Assembly (NCBI GenBank): GCA_015065385.1
Contig: SVQK01000056.1
Coordinates: 363,264-427,263 of the forward strand
DNA length: 64,000 bases
DNA from: Oscillospiraceae bacterium
GTDB taxonomy: Bacteria; Bacillota; Clostridia; Oscillospirales; CAG-272
Direction of reading: 5' to 3'
Positions within the stretch are counted from its first letter, which is position 1, and each line of letters starts with the position of its first letter. This document shows, one piece after another, positions 55,184-64,000 of this stretch. The position numbers were made by a program, and so were the translations under genes. The notes under the pieces were generated by a model that did no database searches, was not told the DNA's origin, and worked only from the letters and a program-made list of their open reading frames with translations.

Positions 55184-57283
55184 ATGAACATGCAGGAAGC
55201 GAAACAGAGAGCGCGCGAGCTTGTGGAGAAAATGACCGTCGAAGAGCGGATCTCCCAGCTCCGGTACGCGTCCCCGGCCATCGAACGGCTCGGGATCCAC
55301 GAATACAACTGGTGGAACGAAGCGTCGCACGGCGTGGCGCGGTCCGGTATGGCGACGGTGTTCCCCCATGCCATCGCGCTCGCAGCCACCTTTGATCCGG
55401 AGCTGATCGGAAAGGTCGGCGAGGCGGTGTCCACGGAAGGGCGCGCCAAGTACAACAAGAGCGTGGAGTGGGGCGACCGGGATATCTACAAGGGCCTGAC
55501 CTACTGGACGCCGAACATCAACATTTTCCGCGATCCGCGCTGGGGACGGGGACAGGAGACCTACGGCGAGGATCCCTTCCTGACCGCGCAGATGGGCATG
55601 GAGTATATCCGCGGCATTCAGGGCGACGGGGAATTCCTCAAAGCCTCCGCCTGCTCCAAGCACTTCGCCGTCCATTCCGGACCGGAGCCGTCCCGCCACA
55701 CCTTCGACGCCGTCGTTTCGAAGCACGATCTGTGGGAGACCTATCTTCCCGCCTTCGAGTGGACGGTGAAGGAGGCGAAGGTCTCGGGCGTCATGGGCGC
55801 GTACAACCGGCTTTACGGATATCCCTGCTGCGCCATGCCCCTGATCCGGGACGTTCTCCGGGACAAGTGGGGCTTCGAGGGCTATTTCGTGTCCGACTGC
55901 GGGGCGATCAACGATATTTACGCCAACCATAAATTCTCCGCCTCCCTGCCCGAAGCCGCCGCCGCCGCGCTCAAAGCCGGGTGCAACCTGAACTGCGGCG
56001 AGGCCTACGAGCACCTGACCGAGGCGTGGGAAGAGGATCTGATCTCCGAGGAGGACATCACCGAGGCCGCCGTACAGGTCTACACCATCCGGTTCCTGCT
56101 CGGCGAATTCGAGGAAAACCGGCCTTATTCCGACATTCCCTTCTCGAAGCTGGACTGCCGGGAGCACCGGGATCTGAACCTGAAAGCGGCGAGAGAAGCC
56201 ATGGTGCTTCTGAAAAACGACGGCATCCTTCCGCTCGACCGCGACACGACCGAAACCATCGCCGTCATCGGCCCGAACGCGATGAATCAGATCGCGCTGG
56301 AGGGCAATTACAACGGCATGGCCTCCGAGTATGTCAATCCGGCAGACGGTTTCCGCAGAGTCTTTTCGAAGGCGGAGATCCGGGCGGCAAAGGGCTGCAA
56401 TATCTGGAACGAGCGTCTCTGCAGCTGGGCCGGATTTGAAAATATGCGTTCCGAAGGCGTCGCCTACGCCAAAGAAGCGGACACGGTGATCCTCTGCCTC
56501 GGGCTCGACTGCACCATCGAGGGCGAGGAAAACGGGACCCGGAACGAGTTCTTCGACGACGGCGACAAGAGGACGCTCCGCCTGCCCGACACGCAGATGA
56601 AGCTGGCGGAGGAGATCTGCTCCTGCTGCGAGAATGTGATCGTGCTGCTCATGGCCGGATCTGCGATCGACCTCGGCGAGATCGTCACGGAGAAGGCGCG
56701 GGCGATCGTCTGCGCGTGGTACCCCGGAGCCCTCGGCGGACTGGCGGCGGCGGAGCTCATGGCGGGCGTTTACTCTCCCTCCGGACGTCTTCCCGTCACC
56801 TTCTACCGCGATGGAGATCCGATGCCGGCCTTCACCGACTATGACATGAAGGGGCGGACCTACCGCTATCTCGAGACGGCTCCGCGCTATCCCTTCGGAT
56901 ACGGTCTCAGCTATACGGCTTTCGCCTACTCCGACGCGCGTCTGATTTCGGAGGACGATACCTCCTACCGGGCAGCGGCTGTCGTGACCAACACCGGAAA
57001 GACGGCGGGCAAGGAAAAGGCGCAGGTTTACGCAAGATATACGGACAGCAGAACGGTCACCCCGAACTTCCAGCTCTGCGGGCTGAAAACGCTGGAGCTT
57101 CTTCCCGGGGAGAGCCGCGAGGTTGTTTTCGACATTCCGAAATACTGGGTGTCCGCAGTTCTCGAGGACGGCACGAGAGCCGAACCGGACGGGGAGATCT
57201 CCCTCTGGATCGGCGGTCATCAGCCGGACGAAAGAAGCTGTGAGCTGACGGGCACCGAATGCAGAAAGGTGGTACTCCGATGA
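55184..57283 (+). CDS. Glycoside hydrolase family 3 (beta-xylosidase-like)
   Basis: WWNEASHGV, RDPRWGRGQETYGEDP, SKHFAVH, VSDCGA nucleophile, YPFGYGLSYT. Confidence 0.93.
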   Translation: MNMQEAKQRARELVEKMTVEERISQLRYASPAIERLGIHEYNWWNEASHGVARSGMATVFPHAIALAATFDPELIGKVGEAVSTEGRAKYNKSVEWGDRDIYKGLTYWTPNINIFRDPRWGRGQETYGEDPFLTAQMGMEYIRGIQGDGEFLKASACSKHFAVHSGPEPSRHTFDAVVSKHDLWETYLPAFEWTVKEAKVSGVMGAYNRLYGYPCCAMPLIRDVLRDKWGFEGYFVSDCGAINDIYANHKFSASLPEAAAAALKAGCNLNCGEAYEHLTEAWEEDLISEEDITEAAVQVYTIRFLLGEFEENRPYSDIPFSKLDCREHRDLNLKAAREAMVLLKNDGILPLDRDTTETIAVIGPNAMNQIALEGNYNGMASEYVNPADGFRRVFSKAEIRAAKGCNIWNERLCSWAGFENMRSEGVAYAKEADTVILCLGLDCTIEGEENGTRNEFFDDGDKRTLRLPDTQMKLAEEICSCCENVIVLLMAGSAIDLGEIVTEKARAIVCAWYPGALGGLAAAELMAGVYSPSGRLPVTFYRDGDPMPAFTDYDMKGRTYRYLETAPRYPFGYGLSYTAFAYSDARLISEDDTSYRAAAVVTNTGKTAGKEKAQVYARYTDSRTVTPNFQLCGLKTLELLPGESREVVFDIPKYWVSAVLEDGTRAEPDGEISLWIGGHQPDERSCELTGTECRKVVLR

Positions 57284-58806
57284 AGTATGTGATCGGCATC
57301 GACGTAGGCACGTCCGGGACGAAAACCGTCCTGTTCGACGAAAAGGGAAAGGTCATCGCGTCCGCGACCGTGGAATATCCCATGAGTCAGCCGCAGAACG
57401 GCTGGGCGGAGCAGGATCCCGCGGACTGGTGGAACGCTTCCGCGAAAACCGCGAAGACCGTCATCGGGAAATCCGGCGTCGATCCCTGTGACATCGCAGG
57501 CGTCGGCATCTCCGGACAGATGCACGGGCTTGTGATGCTGGACGAAAACAACGAGGTCCTCCGCCCCTCCATCATCTGGTGCGATCAGAGAACGGGCGAG
57601 GAATGCGAGGATATCGAGCGGCTTATCGGCGGGCGCGATCAGCTGATCCGGATCACCGCCAATCCCGCCCTCACCGGCTTCACCGCCTCGAAGATCATGT
57701 GGGTGAAGAAGCACGAGCCCGAGATCTACGCGAAATGCCGCCATATCCTTTTGCCGAAGGACTACATCCGCTTCATGCTCACCGGCGAGTACGCGACCGA
57801 GGTATCCGACGCCTCCGGCATGCAGCTGCTCGACGTTCCCGGACGGTGCTGGTCCGACGAGCTGCTGGCCGCGCTGGATATCGACAAGTCCCTGCTCGGC
57901 AAGGTCTACGAATCGCCGGAGATCACGGGCCGCGTGACGGAGAAGGCCTCCGCGCTGACCGGACTGGCTGTCGGAACGCCAGTGGTAGGCGGAGCGGGAG
58001 ACAACGCGGCGGCGGCGGTCGGCATGGGCGTTGTGTCGGACGGGCGCGCGTTCACCACCATCGGCACCTCCGGCGTGGTATTCGCCCACACGGACGGAAT
58101 CACGGTGGATCCGAAGGGAAGAGTACATACCTTCTGCTGCGCGGTTCCCGGGGCTTGGCACGTCATGGGCGTGACGCAGGCGGCCGGACTGTCCCTGCAG
58201 TGGTTCCGGAACAATTTCTGCGCTCCCGAGGTCGAGGAAGCGGCGAAGCAGGGCGTGGATCCCTATAAGATCATGGACGCGGAGGCGGCGGATTCCCCCA
58301 TCGGCGCGAACCGGCTTCTCTATATGCCCTACCTCATGGGAGAGCGGACGCCCCACCTCGATCCGAAGGTCCGCGGCGGATTTGTCGGCCTCTCCGGCAT
58401 GCACAAGCGGGGAGATTTGATCCGGGCGGTCATGGAGGGCGTGTCCTACTCCCTGAAAGACTGTCTCGGCGTTCTCGGCAGCATGGGCGTGGAGCTTGAC
58501 GATATGAGAATCTGCGGCGGCGGTGGGAAGAGCCCCTTCTGGCGTCAGATGCTGGCCGACGTCTACGGGATCCCCGTGACCCGGATCGAATCCGACGAAG
58601 GCCCGGCCCTCGGCGTTGCGATCCTCGCCATGGTCGGCGCCGGGATTTATCCCTCCGTCAGAGAAGCCTGCGACGCGATCGTGCGGCAGAAGGACGTGAC
58701 TCCCTGCGACGCGGAACGCAACGCCCGGTACGGCCAGTTCTACAAGGTTTACACCTCCCTCTATCCGCATCTCAAGGCCGACTTCGACGCGCTGGCTGAG
58801 CTGTGA
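57280..58806 (+). CDS. xylB: Xylulokinase (FGGY family)
   Basis: GIDVGTSGTK, ISGQMHG, LLPKDY, DASGM, GAGDNAA, GERTPH. Confidence 0.9.
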   Translation: MKYVIGIDVGTSGTKTVLFDEKGKVIASATVEYPMSQPQNGWAEQDPADWWNASAKTAKTVIGKSGVDPCDIAGVGISGQMHGLVMLDENNEVLRPSIIWCDQRTGEECEDIERLIGGRDQLIRITANPALTGFTASKIMWVKKHEPEIYAKCRHILLPKDYIRFMLTGEYATEVSDASGMQLLDVPGRCWSDELLAALDIDKSLLGKVYESPEITGRVTEKASALTGLAVGTPVVGGAGDNAAAAVGMGVVSDGRAFTTIGTSGVVFAHTDGITVDPKGRVHTFCCAVPGAWHVMGVTQAAGLSLQWFRNNFCAPEVEEAAKQGVDPYKIMDAEAADSPIGANRLLYMPYLMGERTPHLDPKVRGGFVGLSGMHKRGDLIRAVMEGVSYSLKDCLGVLGSMGVELDDMRICGGGGKSPFWRQMLADVYGIPVTRIESDEGPALGVAILAMVGAGIYPSVREACDAIVRQKDVTPCDAERNARYGQFYKVYTSLYPHLKADFDALAEL

Positions 58807-59717
58807 CGGACTTTGTCTCCCTTCATCTCATCGAAAAGGGCTGGTCCTCGGACCGGAAGTACAGAGCTGAAACCGCGTCCGGGGAAGTCTTCCTGCTCCG
58901 GGTGATGCCGGGGGCCGAGTACGATTCGTGGCTCCCCTGGTATGAGCGGCAGAAGGAATACGCCTCCCTCGGCGTTCCGATGTGCGACACCTACGAATTC
59001 GGACGCTGGCCTGAAGGCGGAGTCTACGCCGTGCAGCGGTGGATCGACGGGGAGGACGCCGAACCGGTTCTCGCCCGGCTCACGCCCGCGGAGCAGTACC
59101 GCGAAGGACTTGAAGCCGGGCGGATCCTGAGGGCGATCCAGTCCCTTCCGGTTCCGGACGGTCTTCCGGACTGGGAGGCGAAGTTCAACGCCAAAATCGA
59201 CCGGAAGATCCGGGGCTATCTCGACTGCCCGCTCCGGATCGAGGGGGACGGCGCGATCTTCCGCTATCTCGAGGAAAACCGGAGGTGGCTGAAAGGACGC
59301 CCGAACACCTGCCAGCACGGGGATTACCATGTCGGGAACATGATGTTCGAGCGGGACGGCACAAGCACCGGGCGGCTGACGATCATCGACTTCAACCGGG
59401 AGGATTTCGGCGACCCGTGGGAGGAGTTCAACCGGATCGTCTGGTGCGCGGGATGCTCGCCCGCCTTTGCCCGCGGACGGATCGACGGCTATTTCGACGG
59501 CCCGGTTCCGGAGCTTTTCTGGCGGCTGCTCTGTCTCTACATCGCCTCGAACACCCTCTCGTCGATCTTCTGGGCCGTGCCGTTCGGAGAGCGGGAGATC
59601 GCCACGATGACGAAGCAGGCCGCGGACGTGCTCCGGTGGTTCGACGATATGAAGAATCCCGTGCCGGAGTGGTATCGGGAAGCGGCTGGGAAGAACCGGG
59701 AGGAAAAGGCAGAATGA
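58803..59717 (+). CDS. Aminoglycoside phosphotransferase-like family protein
   Basis: KGWSSDRKY, QHGDYHVGNM, IIDFNR, GDPWEEFNR; GTGA overlap with xylB. Confidence 0.87.
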   Translation: MTDFVSLHLIEKGWSSDRKYRAETASGEVFLLRVMPGAEYDSWLPWYERQKEYASLGVPMCDTYEFGRWPEGGVYAVQRWIDGEDAEPVLARLTPAEQYREGLEAGRILRAIQSLPVPDGLPDWEAKFNAKIDRKIRGYLDCPLRIEGDGAIFRYLEENRRWLKGRPNTCQHGDYHVGNMMFERDGTSTGRLTIIDFNREDFGDPWEEFNRIVWCAGCSPAFARGRIDGYFDGPVPELFWRLLCLYIASNTLSSIFWAVPFGEREIATMTKQAADVLRWFDDMKNPVPEWYREAAGKNREEKAE

Positions 59718-59965
59718 AAAAGCTGAGACGGATTCTGTTCGGGCTTGAGATCGCCGCCGCGCTGGTGTTTTTCGCCGCATGGCTCTATTCGGCTTCGGAA
59801 ATCTTCGGCGGCGGAATGAATCCCGACCGGCTCCTCCCCGCGGCGTATGTCATGGCGGGGGCGTTCGTCGTGCTGGTTCCGTGCCTTGTATTCCGCATAT
59901 ATGTCAAATTTGACCGGAAATACCGGTCTGAACAAAAATCCAATCCAACGGAGGAGAAACAATGA
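59714..59965 (+). CDS. Small two-TM membrane protein
   Basis: ATGA overlaps on both sides; two hydrophobic helices. Confidence 0.7.
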   Translation: MKKLRRILFGLEIAAALVFFAAWLYSASEIFGGGMNPDRLLPAAYVMAGAFVVLVPCLVFRIYVKFDRKYRSEQKSNPTEEKQ

Positions 59966-60684
59966 GAAAAGTTCTGATTTTCCAGGGCGGCTGGGACGGA
60001 CACGAACCCCAGCTGACGTCCAAGCGGTTTGCCCGCCTTATGGAGGAAGAGGGCTATCAGGCGGAGATCTCCGACACCCTCGACTGCCTTCTGGACTACG
60101 ACAAGCTCCTTGAATACCACCTGCTCGTCGCCTGCTGGACCATGGGCTCGATCCCGTGGGAATGCTCGAAGAACATCGCCAGAGCGGTCGGCGCGGGCGT
60201 CGGGCTTGCGGGATGCCACGGCGGCATGTGCGACTCCTTCCGTCAGGACACGGAGTGGCAGTTCATGACCGGCGGCCAGTGGGTCAGCCATCCGGGCGGC
60301 GACGGCATCGAGTACACCGTCAACATCCGCCACGGCTCGTCCCCCATCGTGGAGGGGCTCGAGGACTTCAAGGTCTGCTCCGAGCACTACTATCTCCATG
60401 TGGACCCGTCCATCGAGGTGCTGGCCACGACCCGGTTCCCGCTCGTCACCTATTATCACGCCTCCAACAAGCCCGTCGATATGCCCGTGGCGTGGACCAA
60501 GTTCTGGGGACTCGGGCGCGTGTTCTACACCTCCCTCGGCCATCACGACGACGTGTTTGAGAAATCCCCGAACGCAGAGATCATGATGAAGCGCGGCATG
60601 CTCTGGGCTGCCGAGGGTCGTCAGGTCGTCCTCGACAAGGGACTCACCCCCGACCGCTTCCTCAACAACGCGAAGATGTACTGA
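59962..60684 (+). CDS. ThuA-like (class I glutamine amidotransferase-fold) protein
   Basis: GGWDGHEP, GCHGG, GGQWVSHP, GRVFYTSLGH. Confidence 0.9.
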   Translation: MRKVLIFQGGWDGHEPQLTSKRFARLMEEEGYQAEISDTLDCLLDYDKLLEYHLLVACWTMGSIPWECSKNIARAVGAGVGLAGCHGGMCDSFRQDTEWQFMTGGQWVSHPGGDGIEYTVNIRHGSSPIVEGLEDFKVCSEHYYLHVDPSIEVLATTRFPLVTYYHASNKPVDMPVAWTKFWGLGRVFYTSLGHHDDVFEKSPNAEIMMKRGMLWAAEGRQVVLDKGLTPDRFLNNAKMY

Positions 60685-60811
60685 TCCCACAGGGGATCCG
60701 AAGGCTTCTCCACGCAGCCGGGCAAGGAACCGTCGGCAGGGGAGCCGCTGCGCAACGACTCAACTTTGTACATTCTGAAAAATTCATTCCGGAAGGGATG
60801 GGAGGTACACT

Positions 60812-61924
60812 ATGGCAACTGTCAAGATCGGATTCGTGGGATGCGGCGCGATCAGCGGCATCTACCTCGAGAATATCACCAAGAGATTTAAGGAAATCGA
60901 GATCATCGGCGTCTGCGACCTGATTCCCGAGCGGGCGGAGAACGCGGTGAAGAAGTACAACATTCCGAAGCTCTACAAGGACATGTACGAGCTCTTCGCC
61001 GATCCCGAGGTCGATATCGTTCTGAACATCACCCGCCCCTATGAGCACTTCGACGTCACGATGGCGGCCCTGAACGCGGGCAAGCACGTCTATTCCGAAA
61101 AGCCCCTCGCCGCATCTCTCCCGGAAGGGAAGAAGATCATGGCTCTGGCGAAGGAAAAGGGCCTCTGGGTCGGCGGAGCGCCGGACACCTTCCTCGGCGC
61201 AGGCATCCAGACCTGCCGCAAGCTCATCGACGACGGCGTGATCGGCGACATCGTCGGCTGCGCGGGCTTCATGATCTGCCACGGCCACGAGACCTGGCAC
61301 CCGGATCCGGAGTTCTACTACAAGTACGGCGGCGGCCCCATGTTCGATATGGGTCCGTACTACCTGACCGCGCTTCTCAACCTCTGCGGCAACGTGGAGG
61401 CAGTCTCCGCCATGACCCGCACCACCTTCAAGGAGAGACTCATCACCAGCCAGCCCCACAACGGCGAGATCATCAAGGTGGATGTTCCCACGCTCTACGC
61501 CGGCAACATGCGCTTTGTGAACGGCGCGGTGGGCACGCTCTACACCACCTTCGACGTCTTCTATCCCGGACAGGCGCGGCTTGAGGTCTACGGCTCAAAG
61601 GGAACGCTCTTTGTTCCCGACCCGAACGGATTCGGCGGCCCGGTCAAGCTCTTCATTCCCGGCGAGGGCGTGAAGGATATTGACCTGATGTTCGATTATC
61701 CGGACAACAGCCGCGCCCTCGGCCTTGCGGATATGGCAAAGGCGCTCCAGACCGGACGGAAGTTCCGCGCCAACTCCGGTCAGACCTTCCACGTCCTCGA
61801 GATCATGGAGGGATTCGCCGAGAGCGGCCGCGTCGGTCACGAGATCCCGATCGAATCCCGTTACGATCTGCTCCCGCTGATGAATCCCACGATGGAACAC
61901 GGCGTCCTCGACGCGCAGTTCTGA
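60812..61924 (+). CDS. Gfo/Idh/MocA family oxidoreductase
   Basis: IGFVGCGAIS, SEKPLA, APDTFLG, GGPMFDMGPYY. Confidence 0.92.
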   Translation: MATVKIGFVGCGAISGIYLENITKRFKEIEIIGVCDLIPERAENAVKKYNIPKLYKDMYELFADPEVDIVLNITRPYEHFDVTMAALNAGKHVYSEKPLAASLPEGKKIMALAKEKGLWVGGAPDTFLGAGIQTCRKLIDDGVIGDIVGCAGFMICHGHETWHPDPEFYYKYGGGPMFDMGPYYLTALLNLCGNVEAVSAMTRTTFKERLITSQPHNGEIIKVDVPTLYAGNMRFVNGAVGTLYTTFDVFYPGQARLEVYGSKGTLFVPDPNGFGGPVKLFIPGEGVKDIDLMFDYPDNSRALGLADMAKALQTGRKFRANSGQTFHVLEIMEGFAESGRVGHEIPIESRYDLLPLMNPTMEHGVLDAQF

Positions 61925-61945
61925 GTCTTGATTCGACAATAAAAC

Positions 61946-61981
61946 AACCGCGTTCCCCCGTTTTTTGAGGGAGCGCGGTTA
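61946..61981. terminator. Bidirectional terminator
   Basis: AACCGCGTTCCC / GGGAGCGCGGTT inverted repeat. Confidence 0.72.
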
Positions 61982-62010
61982 TTTCGTTCTTTCAAAAATC
62001 GCGGTGTCCG

Positions 62011-63510
62011 TCAGTCGTCGATATACTTCTGGACGCCTTTCTCGAGGACCTTGATCGCTCCCTTGGCGTTCTTCTCATACCACGAGGAGAGTTCGCGGTT
62101 GGTATTGCCGATGAAGTTGACGAATTCGTTGGAGAACGTGCCGCTGAGATCGGAGTTGTAGTACCCCAGATCGAAGATCAGCGCGGATTTGATGATGTCC
62201 AGCATGCCGGCGGACTCGTTGTCCCGGGAGGCCTTGCCCTGGAGCGTCACCTCAAAGTAGGCGGGAAGCACCGTATGGGAGCCGATCCTCGCCATCGCCT
62301 CGAGGATGACGGAGGTGCGTTCCGGGTCGGATGCCGTGATGGGGACGATGAAGAGGTTGGTTCCAGCGTCCACGTTCGTGCAGTATTCGGAACCCTCGTC
62401 GTACTTGGGCCACGGGATCACGCCGAAGTCCGCCTCCATCGTGCGGAGCGTGATCACGTCGGTCATGTTCATATCGGTGTAGAGGGCGCGGTCCTCCTCG
62501 AAGATCCCGATGAAGCCGGAGGAATAGGACACGTCCGCCACGTCCACATAGGCGGCGTCGGAATCGATCAGATCGAAATAGCGGTCGAACACGTCCACGG
62601 TTTTCTCGCTGAAGAAGGACAGATAGGGAATGTCGTTTTCGTCCTTGGAGAGCACCCGCAGACCGCTCGTGGCGAACGCCTCCATGGGACCGACCCACTT
62701 CTGCGTCACATAGCCGAAGCGGTCGTTGTCTTCGTCGATCACGCCGTCGCCGTTCAGATCCGCTTTGGCTCCCACCACCTGCGTCTTCCACAGATCGAAG
62801 GTCCATTTGCCCTCGAGAACCGTTTCATACGGGAAATCGAGCCCGAGGTTCCGCATCAGATCCTTGTTGAACAGCATGACGTCCGCGGAGCCGAGGGAGT
62901 TGTAGCTCAAATCCCCGTTCATGACCAGCAGCTTTCCGGCGATGGAAAAGCTCTCCCGGGCGTCCTGGCTCCACCACGGGGCGTCGAGCGAGACATAAGG
63001 CAGGGCGGTGTTCCAGTTCAGACACAGCAGCTGATTGGCGTAGGTGAAGGCGGCGCGGCCGTGCGGGACTACCAGATCGTACGCGTCCTCGCCTGCCTTG
63101 ATGGAAGTGGCGGCGTCCGTCTCGATGTTGTAGTTGGAGGATTCCTGCATGGTGACGGCAACGTTGAAGTGATCCGAAATCGCCGTGTTCCGCTGGAAGA
63201 TGGCGTCGTTGATCACGTCGCCGTTCATCTCTTCGGCGTACATATCGGCGATCCAGCGCGGGTTGGCCCGGATCAGCATATGGAAATCGTGCCCTTCATA
63301 ATTGGCGGCGGGCAGGTTCTCCCACGGATCAAAGACCTCTTCCGGTTCCGGTTCGGTTTCCGCGGCTGAGGGGGTGTTCTGCCCGACCTCGGCTGAAGGA
63401 GCGTTCTCGCCCCCGGACGGAGTTTCGGGTTTTGCCTCGCCGCAGGATACGGCGGACAGCATCAGCAGACTGAGCAGGACGGACAAGGCGCGGCGGGAAA
63501 TATGTTTCAT
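62011..63510 (-). CDS. Extracellular solute-binding lipoprotein (paralog of 12265 and 23512)
   Basis: SAVSC lipobox; GDVINDAIFQRN, LFNKDL, GKWTFD, DLNGDG, FGVIPWPKYDE. Confidence 0.87.
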   Translation of the reverse strand: MKHISRRALSVLLSLLMLSAVSCGEAKPETPSGGENAPSAEVGQNTPSAAETEPEPEEVFDPWENLPAANYEGHDFHMLIRANPRWIADMYAEEMNGDVINDAIFQRNTAISDHFNVAVTMQESSNYNIETDAATSIKAGEDAYDLVVPHGRAAFTYANQLLCLNWNTALPYVSLDAPWWSQDARESFSIAGKLLVMNGDLSYNSLGSADVMLFNKDLMRNLGLDFPYETVLEGKWTFDLWKTQVVGAKADLNGDGVIDEDNDRFGYVTQKWVGPMEAFATSGLRVLSKDENDIPYLSFFSEKTVDVFDRYFDLIDSDAAYVDVADVSYSSGFIGIFEEDRALYTDMNMTDVITLRTMEADFGVIPWPKYDEGSEYCTNVDAGTNLFIVPITASDPERTSVILEAMARIGSHTVLPAYFEVTLQGKASRDNESAGMLDIIKSALIFDLGYYNSDLSGTFSNEFVNFIGNTNRELSSWYEKNAKGAIKVLEKGVQKYIDD

Positions 63511-63649
63511 GGGTCGCCTCCTGTGAAATTCCATGCGGTTTGCATCATTGTACCAAGAACTCGTTTGAATTGCAACGGGATTTTGTAAAAAATTCCGGTG
63601 ATAGGCGCACAGTCTGGGTAAGTCCGGCAAAATCGAAGAGGAAACCGGT

Positions 63650-64000
63650 TCAGCGGATCTTCCGGATGCGGATCCCGTCCATAATGAAATGGGAGACGGC
63701 TCCGCGCTCCAGATCCAGCCGGTCGTAGAGAAACAGATCGTCCGCGGAGGGCGTGAGAGGTTCGCCGGGATGGGAGTGGGCGGTGATCCAGCGGATCCGT
63801 GGCGGAAGCGGCGGAAGGTCGGAGCCTTTCCCGGCCGGATCGTCCTTCACGGCGTACGAGAGCTCCGTTTTCATCCGCCTCCCGGTGTCGAAGGGATCGA
63901 GCAGCAGCCAGAAGGCGAGGATCGCGGCTTCATCCTCGGAGCGGTAAGGTTCGTTCTCAAAGGATTCGAGCATCGCTTTCCGAACGATCTCCGTGAACAG
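63650..64000 (-). CDS. RadC-like JAB/MPN domain protein, 5'-truncated by the window edge
   Basis: AHSHPG...PSADD JAMM motif and SHFI; frame open to the window end. Confidence 0.6.
   Translation of the reverse strand: MFTEIVRKAMLESFENEPYRSEDEAAILAFWLLLDPFDTGRRMKTELSYAVKDDPAGKGSDLPPLPPRIRWITAHSHPGEPLTPSADDLFLYDRLDLERGAVSHFIMDGIRIRKIR

Noticed and set aside
51702-59717. Two APH-like genes as antibiotic-resistance determinants
   Set aside because: Only generic kinase-fold motifs, host-like composition and no mobile context; substrate unknown.
1-64000. Many long antisense or alternate-frame ORFs in the track (e.g. 1353-3476 -, 19311-21176 +, 45834-47726 +, 55163-57220 -)
   Set aside because: Shadow ORFs of high-GC3 genes: they lack RBS and family motifs and lie opposite clearly identifiable genes.
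1-64000. Apparent abundance of TCCGGA/CCGG and GATC words
   Set aside because: Visual impression only; it needs Markov-model k-mer statistics and may simply reflect codon usage.

Overview
GC-rich chromosomal segment from a Bacillota (Clostridia-like) anaerobe. The lineage is inferred from sigmaA TTGACA/TATAAT promoters, GGAGG ribosome-binding sites, the LCP-rsfS-leuS gene order and the abundance of lipoproteins. It opens with housekeeping genes (LCP, rsfS, leuS, rpsU) and then runs through about 60 kb of accessory genes. These include an ECF sigma/anti-sigma/lipoprotein locus with a decayed paralog; carbohydrate genes (GH2, HTH-GH51, GH3, xylB, ThuA, Gfo/Idh/MocA, sulfatase, three orphan solute-binding lipoproteins); HtrA and PrsW; a vWA/macrodomain-HTH pair; an MFS-like plus small membrane-protein operon; an XRE regulator cluster; and PadR-DUF1700-DUF4097. 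I recognised no rRNA, tRNA, CRISPR array, transposase or phage gene. The top finding is an unannotated 18-aa Tyr/Phe-rich leader peptide (MNSFVFAYAYYYYYFTKK, 27135-27191) with the full geometry of a ribosome-dependent transcription attenuator, upstream of a sodium:solute symporter. All family calls are motif recognition by eye; no database search was run.
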